From Stramenopiles sp. TOSAG23-2 (lineage: Eukaryota), in contig LT649236.1 in assembly GCA_900128395.1 (NCBI GenBank), forward strand, positions 1-64,000: DNA of 64,000 bases, read 5' to 3'. The translations under genes and the position numbers were made by a program. How positions within the stretch are numbered: the first letter of the stretch is position 1; every line of letters begins with the position of its first letter. Under the pieces are notes generated by a model. That model searched no databases and had not been told where the DNA came from. It saw only the letters and a list, made by a program, of their open reading frames with translations. Below, piece after piece: positions 11,497-24,230 of the stretch.

Positions 11497-11818
11497 TGTA
11501 AATATCGTTTTTAAAATATTTGTCCCTATCAAAAAAACAATGACTATTTTTATACTTAATGGTGTTAGACAGAGCCGACACTACAAGTGAAAAGTACCTA
11601 TCAAGTAGTGTTACAGCTATAGGGTTACGCGTTTTTTTCAACTTTTAACGGTTATTCTGTAAATATCGTTTTTAAAATATTTGTCCCTATCAAAAAAACA
11701 ATGACTATTTTTCGTACTTAATGGTGTTAGACAGACCCGACACTACACGTGAAAACCACCTATCAAGTAGTGTTACAGCTATAGGGTTACGCGTTTTTTT
11801 AAACTTTTAACGGTTATT
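11497..11818. repeat. tandem dimer, ~161-bp unit
   Basis: Copies start tgtaaatatcgtttttaaaatatttgtccc at 11497 and 11658; a few substitutions and a small indel. Confidence 0.95.
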
Positions 11819-13051
11819 TAAATATGAAGTAGATACAAAAATATTAAGATATCTTGTATATTCATTACCAAGTATATCAAAATTGATCGTGGATACTTGT
11901 TTTGATAAAATCATGTATATGTATATGCAAAAAACTACCTTTTATAATTTTCAAACTTTGCATTTTTAGTCCAGCCTATGTCCATACTAATTTCGAAAAA
12001 AATCACCATTTTGAAAAAAATTCAATACCTTGTCAGTTTCATTTAAAACATAATTAGATCAAAATATTCATGTACTTCTTTCCTTTAGACATGTGTTGAG
12101 AGATGTGTCTTATTTCGAATTAATTTGTAGAAGATTTAGATAGAAAAAATCGACACATTGTATTTTGGTGATATTTCTGAAAAATTTTGAGATTTTTAGT
12201 GATTTTTTGGTCTCTAACCCTAAACTAACCCGATCTTGAAAATCACATATCGGTGTAATGCTCGACTTATATGTAATGTATGGACAGGAGAACGATCAGG
12301 GAATGTTCAGGGGATCAGTATACGACTTTTAGGTATTGGTTTCAGCTTTGTATATAATGGGAAAGTGTAGAAATGGCATTCGTGTGAGTGTATATTATAT
12401 ATACACGCGAACTTATTTAAAAATGACAGCAATCTTTTTTTGTGTGTATTTTTAATATATATATATATATTTTAAAAGGAAAATCTCGTAAATGATCAAA
12501 ATGCACGATATTTTTAATAAGCAAGGTTCTACTGGTAAACTGCCAAGACCACGACCTACAGTCAATGTATACGTAATAAATAATAGATGTGCAACGTTTC
12601 AAAGTCTAATTTTAATAACTTCAATGAAAATTTTCAACCTTTCATGATTTTCACCATTTCGATGGAAAAGTGCTCTAATACTAACTCCATGCTAACGTGC
12701 GATTAAAATTTTTTTTTCAGGACTTTTCTTTAAAAACATAATTATACAGGTAAACTCTCGGAGAAAAGTTAAATATATCACCTATGATATAGAATCCACA
12801 AGATTTTGTCAAAATTTTTTATGTTTCATCATTAAAATGAAGATTTCTAGGTCCATTTAGAATCTATGTGAATGAAAATCGATTTGGAATTCTAGGCCAT
12901 TTTCAAGCATTTAAAAAATCATTGTAAAATGTGGTATAATCAATACAATATATCTCGAGTCACTCAAAATATTAATACAAAAGTAGTACAGCAACTCATT
13001 ATCACATGTATAGAGCTAAACCTAAGAGTAAGTTGACGACAACTGAGTGTC

Positions 13052-13271
13052 AGGAACATACTTTACTAACGACGTTTCAATTGCATGTCAAAGTACCTTT
13101 ACTATAGAATAGGCTTGTAAAACCTTAATAAAAGTGTCAAAAAATGTGCATTTTTTAGTGAAGGAACCTACTTTACTAACGACGTTTCAATTGCATGTCA
13201 AAGTACCCTTACTATGGGATAGGCTTGTAAAACCTTAATAAAAGTGTCCAAAAATGTGCATTTTTGAATGA
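13052..13271. repeat. tandem dimer, 110-bp unit
   Basis: Copies start aggaac.tactttactaacgacg at 13052 and 13162; several substitutions. Confidence 0.95.
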
Positions 13272-13478
13272 AAATTCACTTTGTGTCTAGCGTTTCATGT
13301 AAATGTCATATTTATTTTGGTTGGAGTTTAGAGATACAAGTTATATATATGAAGTACGGATGTGGTGGTTTATATGACTTGTAAATGTTGGAAATGATGT
13401 TTGGAGACATAATGCAAATTTTATATATTTGATGAAATTTCTCAATTTTCGTACCCACTTTGGCGGAACTTTTAAAAA

Positions 13479-13642
13479 TGAAAATAAAATTGGCAAAAAT
13501 ATTCGTGTTTGAGGTGTTATAGAAATGTAGTATAAAGTTGGTAGTCTAATTTACATATTTTGAAAATAAAATTGGCAAAAATATGTGTGTTTGAGGTGTT
13601 ATAGAAATGTAGTATAAGTTTGGTAGTCTAATTTACATATTT
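13479..13642. repeat. tandem dimer, 82-bp unit
   Basis: Copies start tgaaaataaaattggcaaaaatat at 13479 and 13561; few substitutions. Confidence 0.95.
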
Positions 13643-14151
13643 TTGTCAATGTACTTAAAACTTCAGTATGGAGATTTTTTGTCAATTGATATTGTCATTG
13701 AAAATTTCCCTATGAAGTGATTTTAATATATGGAAATAGCACTGTATAAATTAGCATGGACACAGGCCTTTCAACATTTTACTCTTGAAAATTGTGTTTT
13801 TTTGCCATGTTTTCTGTTTTTCATTTCCTATCATATTTATACTTAATGTAGTCCTTTTCATATACTCAGTAGATTTGTAGTGTTTGAAATATTTGATAGG
13901 TAAAATTCGGTATTTTTTGTACTTGAGAGAAGGATAATATGTTCGGAATAATTGTTATTGCATTCGGCATTCCTGGCATTGGCAACTTGTGCAACTTGTA
14001 CATATTTATTATTATTTTCATATGACGTATAATATAAGTGGCATATCTTTTTCGATTAATATATTGGAAATATAGACAAAGTTTAAATGATAGAAGAACA
14101 CAGAAAGCAATCAAGAATGCAACCATACATGTGCACCATCGTTAGATAAAT

Positions 14152-14499
14152 ATGAATTCAACATTATCATTAGTGAAACCTAGAAAACAAATTACACATG
14201 GTGTGAAGAAGAAGAAAAAATCAAAAGATGAGATATTAAAAGAGGAAGAAAGGAAATTAACGTATGCCCAAAAACGTAAACAAAAAGCATACGGTTCACA
14301 GGAAGAACCGAATCCATTTACATTACATGCAAGCGCACGTTTTAAATCACCATATCCAACATTTCAAGCCCCATCAATTCGTGTAATAGATCTTCGAAAC
14401 AAACATATGAGAAGTAACAGGCGCCTTATTACACCAATTTCCGAAACGATATCCTTGAATGTTACAGAAGATGGCTTATTATACTCTTCAACCTCATGA
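14152..14499 (+). CDS. small basic hypothetical protein (115 aa)
   Basis: ATG-started Lys-rich ORF, no recognised domain; overlaps a competing antisense ORF. Confidence 0.4.
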   Translation: MNSTLSLVKPRKQITHGVKKKKKSKDEILKEEERKLTYAQKRKQKAYGSQEEPNPFTLHASARFKSPYPTFQAPSIRVIDLRNKHMRSNRRLITPISETISLNVTEDGLLYSSTS

Positions 14500-15026
14500 T
14501 TTTTGGTAGCTTCTTCGATACATGGATAATTTATTACATTACTTCTCACGGTTGTTATTAGAAAAATTGTAAAGATTAGTACATAAATATGAGATATTAA
14601 CATGGATGATCTTGTATTTTGCGCCATGATTAAAATGTATTTCCGTAGATATATATATATATATAAATAAAGAGAAATTTTTATATATATATAAGGAGAT
14701 ATTACCAGATGGTAAAACTTCAAACAAATATAAAACTATATATATATGAGATTATGTGTGTAAATGTACTTTTTGAAATTTGTTAAAATGTTGTATAAAT
14801 GGCACAAATTGCACTTCTAAAATTCATTGTTGAAATGTGTGCAACACATGTACGAAGCGTATTTATTTATTCGAAGAAAGAAGGAGGCAGAGAGGAGGTG
14901 TGCCAACAGAGGTTTTTGTGCGTTTGTGCGGAGATCGAGGCGTATAGAGTGTATTTACATTTATACTTGTTAGTATACATATTCATTAGGTAAAATTTTT
15001 TAACAACGGCTCATCATGCTATCCAT

Positions 15027-18000
15027 TTATTTTTTTTTCAATTTCAAACCACCTTTACCTCTCGCCCGAATCACATTCTGTTATGGAATTAATTAGGGTG
15101 TAGAAATATAAAATATTTGTTAGAAATGTGCATTATGAAAAGAAATATTTTTCCATTTGTTTTCTTTTTACTTACATTATTGTTATCTTCAATTGGAAAT
15201 TTTTGTTTTAATGTTGTAATAATTTCAGATATCGTAGCGTGTGCTTCACCGCCACCGCGATTTTCGCTCTTTACGAAAACATCATAAGATTCTATTAAAG
15301 CATCTGTAATTTTCTTCTTTGCTTTTAACCCACATGTTGCTGCAGCTAAATGAACTCTATATGCAATACGCAACGTATCTTCTGCTTCTTTTGGATTTAA
15401 ATTCATAATTTGTTCTTTATTTGTATCATTAATTATTACAATCACGCGATACATTGCCAATATATGATATGATAGAAAATGCATGATTAGAGTTTTCCCC
15501 GCATTAAGTACTTTTTTATCATATGATTGTTTCTGTAAAAGCAACAAATACTGCCCCATTTCGTATAATAACAAACGCTCTTCTAATAAATTAATATAAA
15601 AGGTTATATATTTTTCTCGTAAATAATTATACTTAAAATGTCTTCGTTCCATTAAATCAAACAACGTAGTTTCTCGGTTTGTCCCATGTTCGAACCACAA
15701 ACCGACTAGTTGGTTATAATAATTCAATTTAATTTTCTGTGGATTGTTATTTGTGCCATCAGAAGAGGATGCACCATTTGCATTATTTGATGAAGAAGAT
15801 TGCTTGCTTCGGCTTTTTTTTTTACTCTTCGAAGCGAAAAAAGATCTTAAATGTTCTAGTGCAGGGCTTGCACCCCACTCGTTCGGATCAATAGTTCCAA
15901 TGTCTTTATCAAGATATTCCCTGTACTTCTCATTTGCCTTTGTATACAGATTTGCCACAGCTGCCTTCATAATATTTTCACCATGATATAATGCTCTTGC
16001 TACCATAAAGCGTGAACGATGATCTGAAATCGAGACCGATCGTTTTATCAAAGATTTAATTTTATCAATGCAAAATGACAGAAGTTTATATCTTCGCAAA
16101 TATATGTTTTTATCAATTATTGACTGAAGACTCGATTTTTTACCCTGTTTAAATCCAGGATAATCAGGGGTGATATTTTCTAACAAACCCATAACATCTT
16201 CATCATTCAATTTATGAGAGTCTAAAATACCCTTTATAATAGTAGTATGCAAACGGTACATTGTATATTCAATCGGTCGCTCGTAGCTTTTTACGATTCT
16301 TAAATCATATGCTTTTCGTAAATATTTCAATCCTCGTCGTAACATCTTTCTTAAACTTTTATTGTTCGATGTCTCATCTACGATATGATCACGATCTAGC
16401 TTTAATGCTATTTTACCCATATAAAGATTGTAATCCCATCTTTCCACCTCTTTATTTGCTTTTTCAAATGCATCAAATGCTTTGTTGGCATCGCTTTCGA
16501 AAGTTGGACTACTTGATAACTGTTTGCGTGAGGTAAACCTTACGTCATTGTATGTAATCATACCAATTTGTTCATACATTTGTACCAATGGAATTGGCAG
16601 CAAAGCTTGGCTTCTTTTTGACAAGGCAGCAGCAACTTCAAATGCATTTAATGCAATAGTGTGCAGCTTGATTCTATTCACAAAATAATAATCAAATTTA
16701 TCCTCTACAAATGCATCTAAAGTGGTTTGTAAATTATTGGATTTATCATTTACAGTATTGCTTTTCAACTTTGTCATCGTATTTCTAGCAAGATCTAAGG
16801 TTGCATCGATGCGATTGTTAAGCAAAATAGATGCTGACATCCCAAGATCATACCAACTTTCAATACGATTTGGGTTATATGATAAATCCTGTAACAAAAC
16901 TTCAATTCGAACTCGATGGAAGTTATACATTTCTTGGTTTTTCTCATTACTATTATTAGCATTTCCTGGCTCTTGCATCAAATCAATGTATAATCGATAA
17001 AATTCATTACGAACTAATTTTTCTCCACTTTCTAATTTTATGGCATTTACATTACTCTCCATGGCTTTTATCTCCTTTATAAATGTCGCAACACGATCTT
17101 TTAAGTGTGGCTGGTCGGTCTTAGGCACTGCATCATCAACGTTGATACTCATCATCATCGTAGTGCCGTTACTTCCATCATTATTGGCATCCCTGTTGAT
17201 ATTTTTTGATTTACTTTGTAAAATATTTATTACCAATTTGCCATATGGAATTTCATTGGTACTCATAATATTGTCAGTTGCGATCTGAATAGCATTATTT
17301 TCGCCTTCAGTATTTGTACTAGACATGGCGTATTGCCAAACATCGATTTGAAATACTTTGTAAAGTTCAAACAGCATAAATCGCTTATCCTTACTAGGAA
17401 CCCCACTTGTTTTGGATTGGATTCGCTCGCTTGAAAAATCGAATAAATCGATACAAAATTGCTTTCTTTTAGCCTGCTCATTATTCGATAACGTTTTGTC
17501 CCGTAGTGATAAATATTTACCACGAGGGGGATAATCATCATCCGTCTTAAAGGCTGGATCTATATTGAATCCAAATAAATCATAATAAACTTTTCCTAGT
17601 AGTTCAATAGTAAATTTGGCTGGGTCTATCGAATCCTCATCTTCATCATCTGTATCTCCATCTTCTACTTCTAATACTTCATCTGTCGCTTGTTCCCCTT
17701 TATAAGCATTCCATTTGTCCATAACTGTCAAAACATGAACAAAATACTTTAGTAACTGTCCATCATGTGCCGTGGTTAGGCCCCACTTGCCAAGTTGTAG
17801 GTGAACTGATTCAATAGCCCCACGTAAACAGTCATGGCGCTTATCCATCAATTCGTGTTCGTCTATTTCGTTTTCAAATTCGTCTTCAGCTTCCACGTGA
17901 AAAGAAACGGGCACCAGAGCACATAAAAATGTAAAATACAAATTAAATGAAAAAAATCGAAGAGAAGTGATTCTCTTTGCCACTTTCAATATATCTAATG

Positions 18001-21000
18001 CTAGAAACAGAAACCCAGAAAATATTTTCCGATGGGTGTCATTATTCAAAGTTGAGTCTGCTGCAACTTTGATCTCAGCAGTTTGTTTAAAAATACGCGC
18101 CCGAACACATTCTACGGCCATTTCGATTGAAATTTGCAACATATCTACTAGTTCGCGGTCAAAATGATCCAGATGTTCTTCCAATAAGTCGCTTTGAATA
18201 TATTTTTCATATGCATGTTTATATGTCAAACGATTTGTTGTTGTTTTGGTTGAGTTTGTTACTAAGGATGAAGAATTTTGCGATATAATGGATCCATTTT
18301 TAGGATTTTGTTTTTCAAACGTGGCAATTCCATGGTATAATTTATCAAAATACATTTTTGATAATTTCCATACAAATGCTAATGTAAATGATTCATCCTG
18401 AAATTTTTTTGCAGTTTCTATTACATGTGTATATGTTTTCTTATCATTTAATAATATTGCTAGATGCACATATGATGGCAAAACTTTTTTAAAGATACTC
18501 CAACATAAACTTGCTGTAGACGTTGCACCAGTTTTATTCTCGTCATCGTGTGCTGAAGCAATTGTTGACATGGAATTTATAATGTGTAAACAAAATACAC
18601 GAGTTCGAGCAATTACTTGTCTTTTTTTAATGATAAATGGGCTTTCACTTTTGTTATTATTACCGCTATCATTCACGTTGATTGTCATATTTGCACGTCT
18701 ATTTTTACTTCCAACAGGATGTGGATTACTTGATATGTCCAAGCCGTGGTGTTTGAGAAAAATTACATTTTCAATTGCTGTATCAAGTATTCGACCAGGG
18801 GTAGCCAACTCACTCATAATACGACCAACAAACTTTGATGCCAACAACAAATTATCTGTCTCTACACAGCTTTCAACAATAATAGAAATTAAATCAGGGC
18901 GTATTTCGGCATCTTCATCCAGATCTTGTAACCGCAAATCACGCTTTCGCTTTTTACTGTCGTTCCCATTTCTTTTCTTATCGCCTGTACGATTGCGCTT
19001 ATTGGAAGATGAATTTTTCTTGTTCTTCTTTCCATTCTTTTTGCCACTATTATCATCTTGGTGGTGGAAAAAATCTTCAATTAGCTCGCTGTAGTGACAT
19101 GTCCATGAATGATCATCAAAATCAATAGAATCCGTACTTGGTAGATACCGATTTCTTAATTCATCGATAGCATTTTTAAATAGATCAATACGCTTTTTTC
19201 GCATTTCTTCCTCGCTTATCATTGGAACGTCGTTTTCCTTATTTGCTAGGTCTATTACATTGTCTACATCAACATTCATTACGTTTTCTGTGGTAGGAAG
19301 GGTCCCTGACGTCGCTTCAGCAGTAGCTTCCATCATATTAGCAATTGGAGCCGTTTCAGTTGCTTCATCTTCAGTAGACTTTGTTGATTCAGGATCAACT
19401 GCTTCTTTGTAAAATGCAATGGCTTTGTCAATCGTAGATTTTGAAGCTAGTTCATCCAAACGGCGGACAATACCAGCATGATCGATGGTATTGCTGTGAA
19501 TACAATGATTTAAGTAATAAATCTCTCCACTTTCCGCCTTTTTTTGTTGGTTTGAATGAGATTGGTCAAAAAAATCAATTCGTTCCTCGAGAACATGTTT
19601 TTCATTCAATGTAACTGCACAACAATTTAACATAAATAAAGACTGCGCGCGCTTTTCATTCAAATTATCCAACTGTGCACAAAGCCAATAATATCTCAAT
19701 CGACCTTCCCATAAATGTTTTAAATATGTTTCTCCATTTCGAATGCGTTCTAATATATTTTTTCTAATCTCAGGCCCCAATTGGGATAAACGCCGTTTAT
19801 TTTGTTCTAGAAAATTTTTCATCCTAGATGGTGGGGTGACTACGCCACTTACAGTATTTTCCATCGCATATTTGGCAAGGGTAATCCACATTTCTTTTAG
19901 GCATCGTTTGCTTGATTTGACATTTCGTGTAGCCTTTCGTTTATAAAACTCCGAGGAACCACCGCCATAAATATTTAGCTTTTGCTTTGTAGCTTGATCG
20001 ATTTCAATCTCTGCTGCTGTCAACCAAGCCAATGCATCAGTTTCAATACCACCACCTATACAAATGTTATTTATAGTCTCGTGGCGCAAATTTTTCATTT
20101 TCGTTAGTATTTTTTGCCTGGTCTTTGTTGTCATAGTTGATTTTCGTTCATTTAGACCGTCCGCGGATGTATGCGTATCCAGCGTAATGAAAGTCAACGG
20201 TCTATGAAATTTTGTTAATAACGAAAATGATTTAACTATGATATCTGAGATTGAGTTTAATTTCAATTTCCTCATTTGCGCTTGTGTTGATTGCACGTGC
20301 TGTAATGAAGATGAAACCTTGTAAGCAAGCTTTAAGTTGGATATATAACATAAAGATCGACAATAATGCTGCAATAATATTGCGATATCAACTTGAAGGG
20401 AATTTAATTCATCAACAAATTTTAAAACGTGATTTTGTTCCAATTTTTGAATCTCAGAAGTTCCCACTGCGGCAATATTACTGCTTTTCTTCACTGAACT
20501 ATTTTCATCATTGGTAATATCTTCATCATCTTTGCTTGGTGATGTAATATTTATAACGCTTTGTGGTGAAGCAAGTTTATTTGAAAATTCTAAATATTGA
20601 CCATGTGCGCCTAAAATATTATTAGCAACATTTAAAGTGACTGCGTTGTTATTATCATCAGTGAAATCAACTGTTTCCAAGTCTTTAACATCATTGAATG
20701 TTATGTATGCTAACGATTCACTAATATCACGTGCAATTGGTTTCGGTTTTATAACAACCACTGGTTCTTGAATTTGCTCCTGCTGGCTTTTCAAGCGTCT
20801 TGATATTCGTTTAGGAGTAGAAGCTTTTCGTACATCATCATTTTCCCCATTTTGTGTTCCAACTTTAATAGGTTTCGGAGGCTTTGTTGCAACTTTTTGC
20901 TTTTTACTTGATACTGGCAAGTTAACTTTATTAACCTCCAAATTATCAGTATCAACTTCCCGCTCTCTTTTCTTATTTTTCGGAGTTATACTATGACTAT

Positions 21001-22375
21001 TCTTTTCATCCGAAATTATCACGTTTGATGATTCTTCATTAATACGTGTTTTTTCATTACTATTAGATTCATTATTTTTTTCATTTGTTTCATCATCGTG
21101 TACCTCGGAGATGCTGTTGGTGGTGATGATCGTTGTGGTAGTATTAGTAACAACATCGTTAATATTTGTGGCTGTTGTTGATGATGATGCACTTGTAATT
21201 AGATTATTTTCATTTGCTTTTCTTATAGCATTGTTATTACTGCCATTTTCTGTACTATTTTTTGTATCATTATGATTGTTTTCTTCCGCTACATCAGTTA
21301 TTTCTTGACAATTTGTTTCAATTTCGACAACATTGCCAATAAATTGTTTATTTTTGGAGTGTATATCTTCAAATGTATTAATTAATAAAATACCCAAACC
21401 GATAAATGTTACATCATCCAATGTTTGTTTTACTATAACTTTTTCTTGTTCTAATAATGCACTTAATTTATCATCATCGTTCTTTTTTTCATTAATTGTT
21501 CGTTTTTGAACCCATGGATCTGATGACAATAATAAATCTTGATTTTTTTGAAAACTTTCTTCAATAGCATCAATAGATGAATTATAATAATTATTCGTCT
21601 GATTCCATCCTCCATCTAATACACATTGAAATGGCTGAATTGAAGAGTCATTTGCAGCATAAAATTTTGCTGCACCTTCAAACAACTGCTGTTCATGTTT
21701 TTTCATGATATTATAAACAGTTTTCAATCCAATTGTATCATCTAAGCCATCAGGTCCTAATATTTCACATAAGCGACGTAAGCTTAAAATATGATTTGGG
21801 CTAATTGTTAAAGCTCGTTCTAAATAATAACGTGCATCAACATATTTGGATTGCTTAGCAAATGAAGCAGCCACATCATACCATAACATGACATCCCTTG
21901 GATCAACAGACAATGCATTTTTATATTGTATACAAGCATTTGCAAATAAATTTTCTTTAAAATACATTTTTCCTAAATTTTTAAAACATAAATATCTTAA
22001 CCGATGCAAAATAGTTAACCCGTGGGATGCTGATACTTCTGCTGTTGCTATCAATCGTTTAGCCTTTGCATCGATCGATGGATCAGAATCTTCAAGCGTT
22101 TCGAGATATAACTCCTTTGCATTTTCCCATATATCAGTACCTGGTTTACTTTTAGATTGATCTGTCAAAGCAGCTTTGTAATTCATCGATAAACGAGATT
22201 GATATGCCTCGTCACTTTCTTCAACTTCCATCACATTATTATTTGTATTTTCCACGTCGTTGTTATTTACGTTCTTTTCATTATCTTGCACAGTACCATC
22301 AATATTAATATTATTATCGTTTCCTTCTGGCAATTCATTGCTATTATCATCATCTACGGCAGCCCACCCACTCAT
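15027..22375 (-). CDS. CABIN1: CABIN1/Hir3-like TPR histone chaperone (HIRA complex subunit); exons 22375-15176 and 15077-15027, ~2416 aa
   Basis: N-terminus MSGWAAV...YKAAL...LRYLCFKNLG...DPRDVMLWYDVA...ARYYLERALTISPNHILSL and internal DLSYNPNRIESW resemble CABIN1/Hir3 TPR blocks. Predicted phase-0 terminal intron 15175-15078 (GTAAGT..CTAAC..CAG) gives last exon NVIRARGKGGLKLKKK*. Confidence 0.8.
15078..15175 (-). other. predicted spliceosomal intron (98 nt)
   Basis: GTAAGT donor, CTAAC branch-like motif, CAG acceptor; replaces an implausible hydrophobic read-through tail. Confidence 0.65.
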
Positions 22376-22825
22376 GTTTCTTATTTTTGTCTCGAAGAAT
22401 ATCTTGCACGTGTGTTTCACTCTATGTATGTATCTCTCTCTCCATATTTCCCCCAAAAGTAGTCGAACACACAATTTTTCAAAATTCAAATCTCTATCTA
22501 TCCATAATCTAAATAATCCATTCATAAATATTATTATTTTGCTTTTTTATTTTTTTTTCGTCGACGACATCCATTTTTCTTTACGAGTTAATGGAGAATG
22601 GAAAAAATAAGGTCTTTCCTTAATTTTTATTTATTAGCAGGAGATAGCACGGCGGCGTTATAAGGTGCGTTTTCTTCACCGACTGATGGATACACGGCAT
22701 CAGTTTCGTCACAACTAAAAACAACAAATCTAGCTAAAAAACTATCCTATATAAAGTGGGATGAATTTGGACATTTGGACACATTTATAAATGTATACAC
22801 CTCAATCATACATGCGGGATTGTAG

Positions 22826-22851
22826 TATATATATATATATATATATATATA
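22826..22851. repeat. (TA)n microsatellite
   Basis: Uninterrupted TA run upstream of the LRR gene; similar runs at ~8969-8992 and 55981-56006. Confidence 0.9.
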
Positions 22852-22925
22852 TTGTCACAATAACAACGTAAATAGTACATTGCATTAGGACACATTTAGA
22901 AATATATATTTTATGAAAGTACAAG

Positions 22926-24230
22926 ATGCCGAAAAAAAAAGGTAAGAAGAAAGGAAAAAAGAAAGGGAAAAAAAGAATTGCACCAGAACCACCTCCATAT
23001 TATGCGGTAAAACTACCAGAGAATTATCTATTTGGAGAAGTTATTGGTAAATCATTATTTGCTAAAAATGATTTAGAAGATGAAGCGCAACGGAAAGTTG
23101 ATGGATTAAATGCAAAAAGTCTCACACTTGATTTAAAGAAAATGCAATTGGATGAATTGCCTTTAAGATTACATCGATTGATTAATTTAACTACATTAAA
23201 TTTACAAGGTAATAATCTTTTCTCAACAGAACGTTTATTTTCCATATTATCACAATGTAAAGAGCTTGTAGAGATTAATTTATCTTATAATATGTTAAAT
23301 GGTTCCATACCTGATACGGTTGATAATTTAGTACGGTTGCAAAAGTTAAATTTACATGGTAACGAAATCACATCGATATCATCAAATCTAAGCCGTTGTG
23401 AAATGATGACAGAATTTGATGTAAGCAATAATAAAATTGCTGAGTTACCAGTAGAAATATTTGATACGTGGAAAGATTTACAAACATTAAAATTAAAAGG
23501 CAATAAATTGATCTTCTTACCAGCAGATCTATCGAAATTGACATCATTGAAATATATGGATGCTTCTAAAAATAATATTGCATCGTTGCCAGGACAAGCT
23601 TTTAACGATTTGAAGGAATTGACATTTTTAAATTTAAGTACAAATGGAATTGTTAGTGTGCCAAGTGAACTTGGTAATTGCCACGAATTATCCTATTTGA
23701 ACATTTCTGATAATGGGATTACACACATTCCTGGTGCCATTTTCTTGAAATTGAAAAAATTAGAATACCTATTTATGTATAAAAATAAAATTGTTGCTGT
23801 TCCATCTGAAATTGGAGCCGCAACTAATTTGCGTATTATTTCATTGGCAAATAATAAAATTGGCACATTACCAAATGGTTTAGGATTATTGCAAAATTTA
23901 GAAGAATTCTATGTCGGGGGAAATGGTACTTTGCGTACATTACCTGGTACGGTACATGGCTGGAAAAAAATACGTGCTATTTATTGTCAAAGTTGTCCTA
24001 AAATGAAATCATTGCCATATGAAATTGAATTATGTACAACGTTAAAAGATTTAGATTTAAATTCTGGGAAAAAGAAGCAAACATGTCAATATCCAAAAGA
24101 TTTAAAAGACAAAATACCAAGATTAAGAATTAGAGGTGGTAAACCAAAAAAAGGCAAAAAAGGTAAAAGTTTAATGCCAAAAACACCAACACCATTGGGT
24201 GCACCCCTTGTATCACCAGCTCCAAAATAA
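22926..24230 (+). CDS. leucine-rich repeat protein with KKKGKK basic termini
   Basis: 434 aa, more than ten LxxLxLxxNxL repeats; MPKKKGKKKGKKKGKK N-terminus of the kind often seen in flagellar proteins. Confidence 0.92.
   Translation: MPKKKGKKKGKKKGKKRIAPEPPPYYAVKLPENYLFGEVIGKSLFAKNDLEDEAQRKVDGLNAKSLTLDLKKMQLDELPLRLHRLINLTTLNLQGNNLFSTERLFSILSQCKELVEINLSYNMLNGSIPDTVDNLVRLQKLNLHGNEITSISSNLSRCEMMTEFDVSNNKIAELPVEIFDTWKDLQTLKLKGNKLIFLPADLSKLTSLKYMDASKNNIASLPGQAFNDLKELTFLNLSTNGIVSVPSELGNCHELSYLNISDNGITHIPGAIFLKLKKLEYLFMYKNKIVAVPSEIGAATNLRIISLANNKIGTLPNGLGLLQNLEEFYVGGNGTLRTLPGTVHGWKKIRAIYCQSCPKMKSLPYEIELCTTLKDLDLNSGKKKQTCQYPKDLKDKIPRLRIRGGKPKKGKKGKSLMPKTPTPLGAPLVSPAPK

Noticed and set aside
11390..11641. 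83-aa ORF within the gene-free island
   Set aside because: Non-ATG start, spans repeat junctions, and its composition follows the AT background.
12214..12231. Telomere-like ctaaccctaaactaaccc
   Set aside because: Only two or three degenerate units; too short to call an interstitial telomere.
11185..13642. CRISPR-like array
   Set aside because: Repeats are long two-copy tandem units with no constant repeat/unique spacer alternation, there are no cas genes, and the context is eukaryotic.
13750..13759. attagcatgg match to U6 snRNA
   Set aside because: No ACAGAGA box and no surrounding U6 sequence.
14364..14366. TGA read-through or alternative genetic code in the minus ORF
   Set aside because: Confident genes end in TAA, TAG and TGA and have no internal stops; the downstream frame is simply antisense to a Lys-rich ORF.
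22630..22712. Possible tRNA or structured RNA (actgatg/catcagt hairpin)
   Set aside because: Only a 7-bp stem, with no T-loop/D-loop consensus or cloverleaf.
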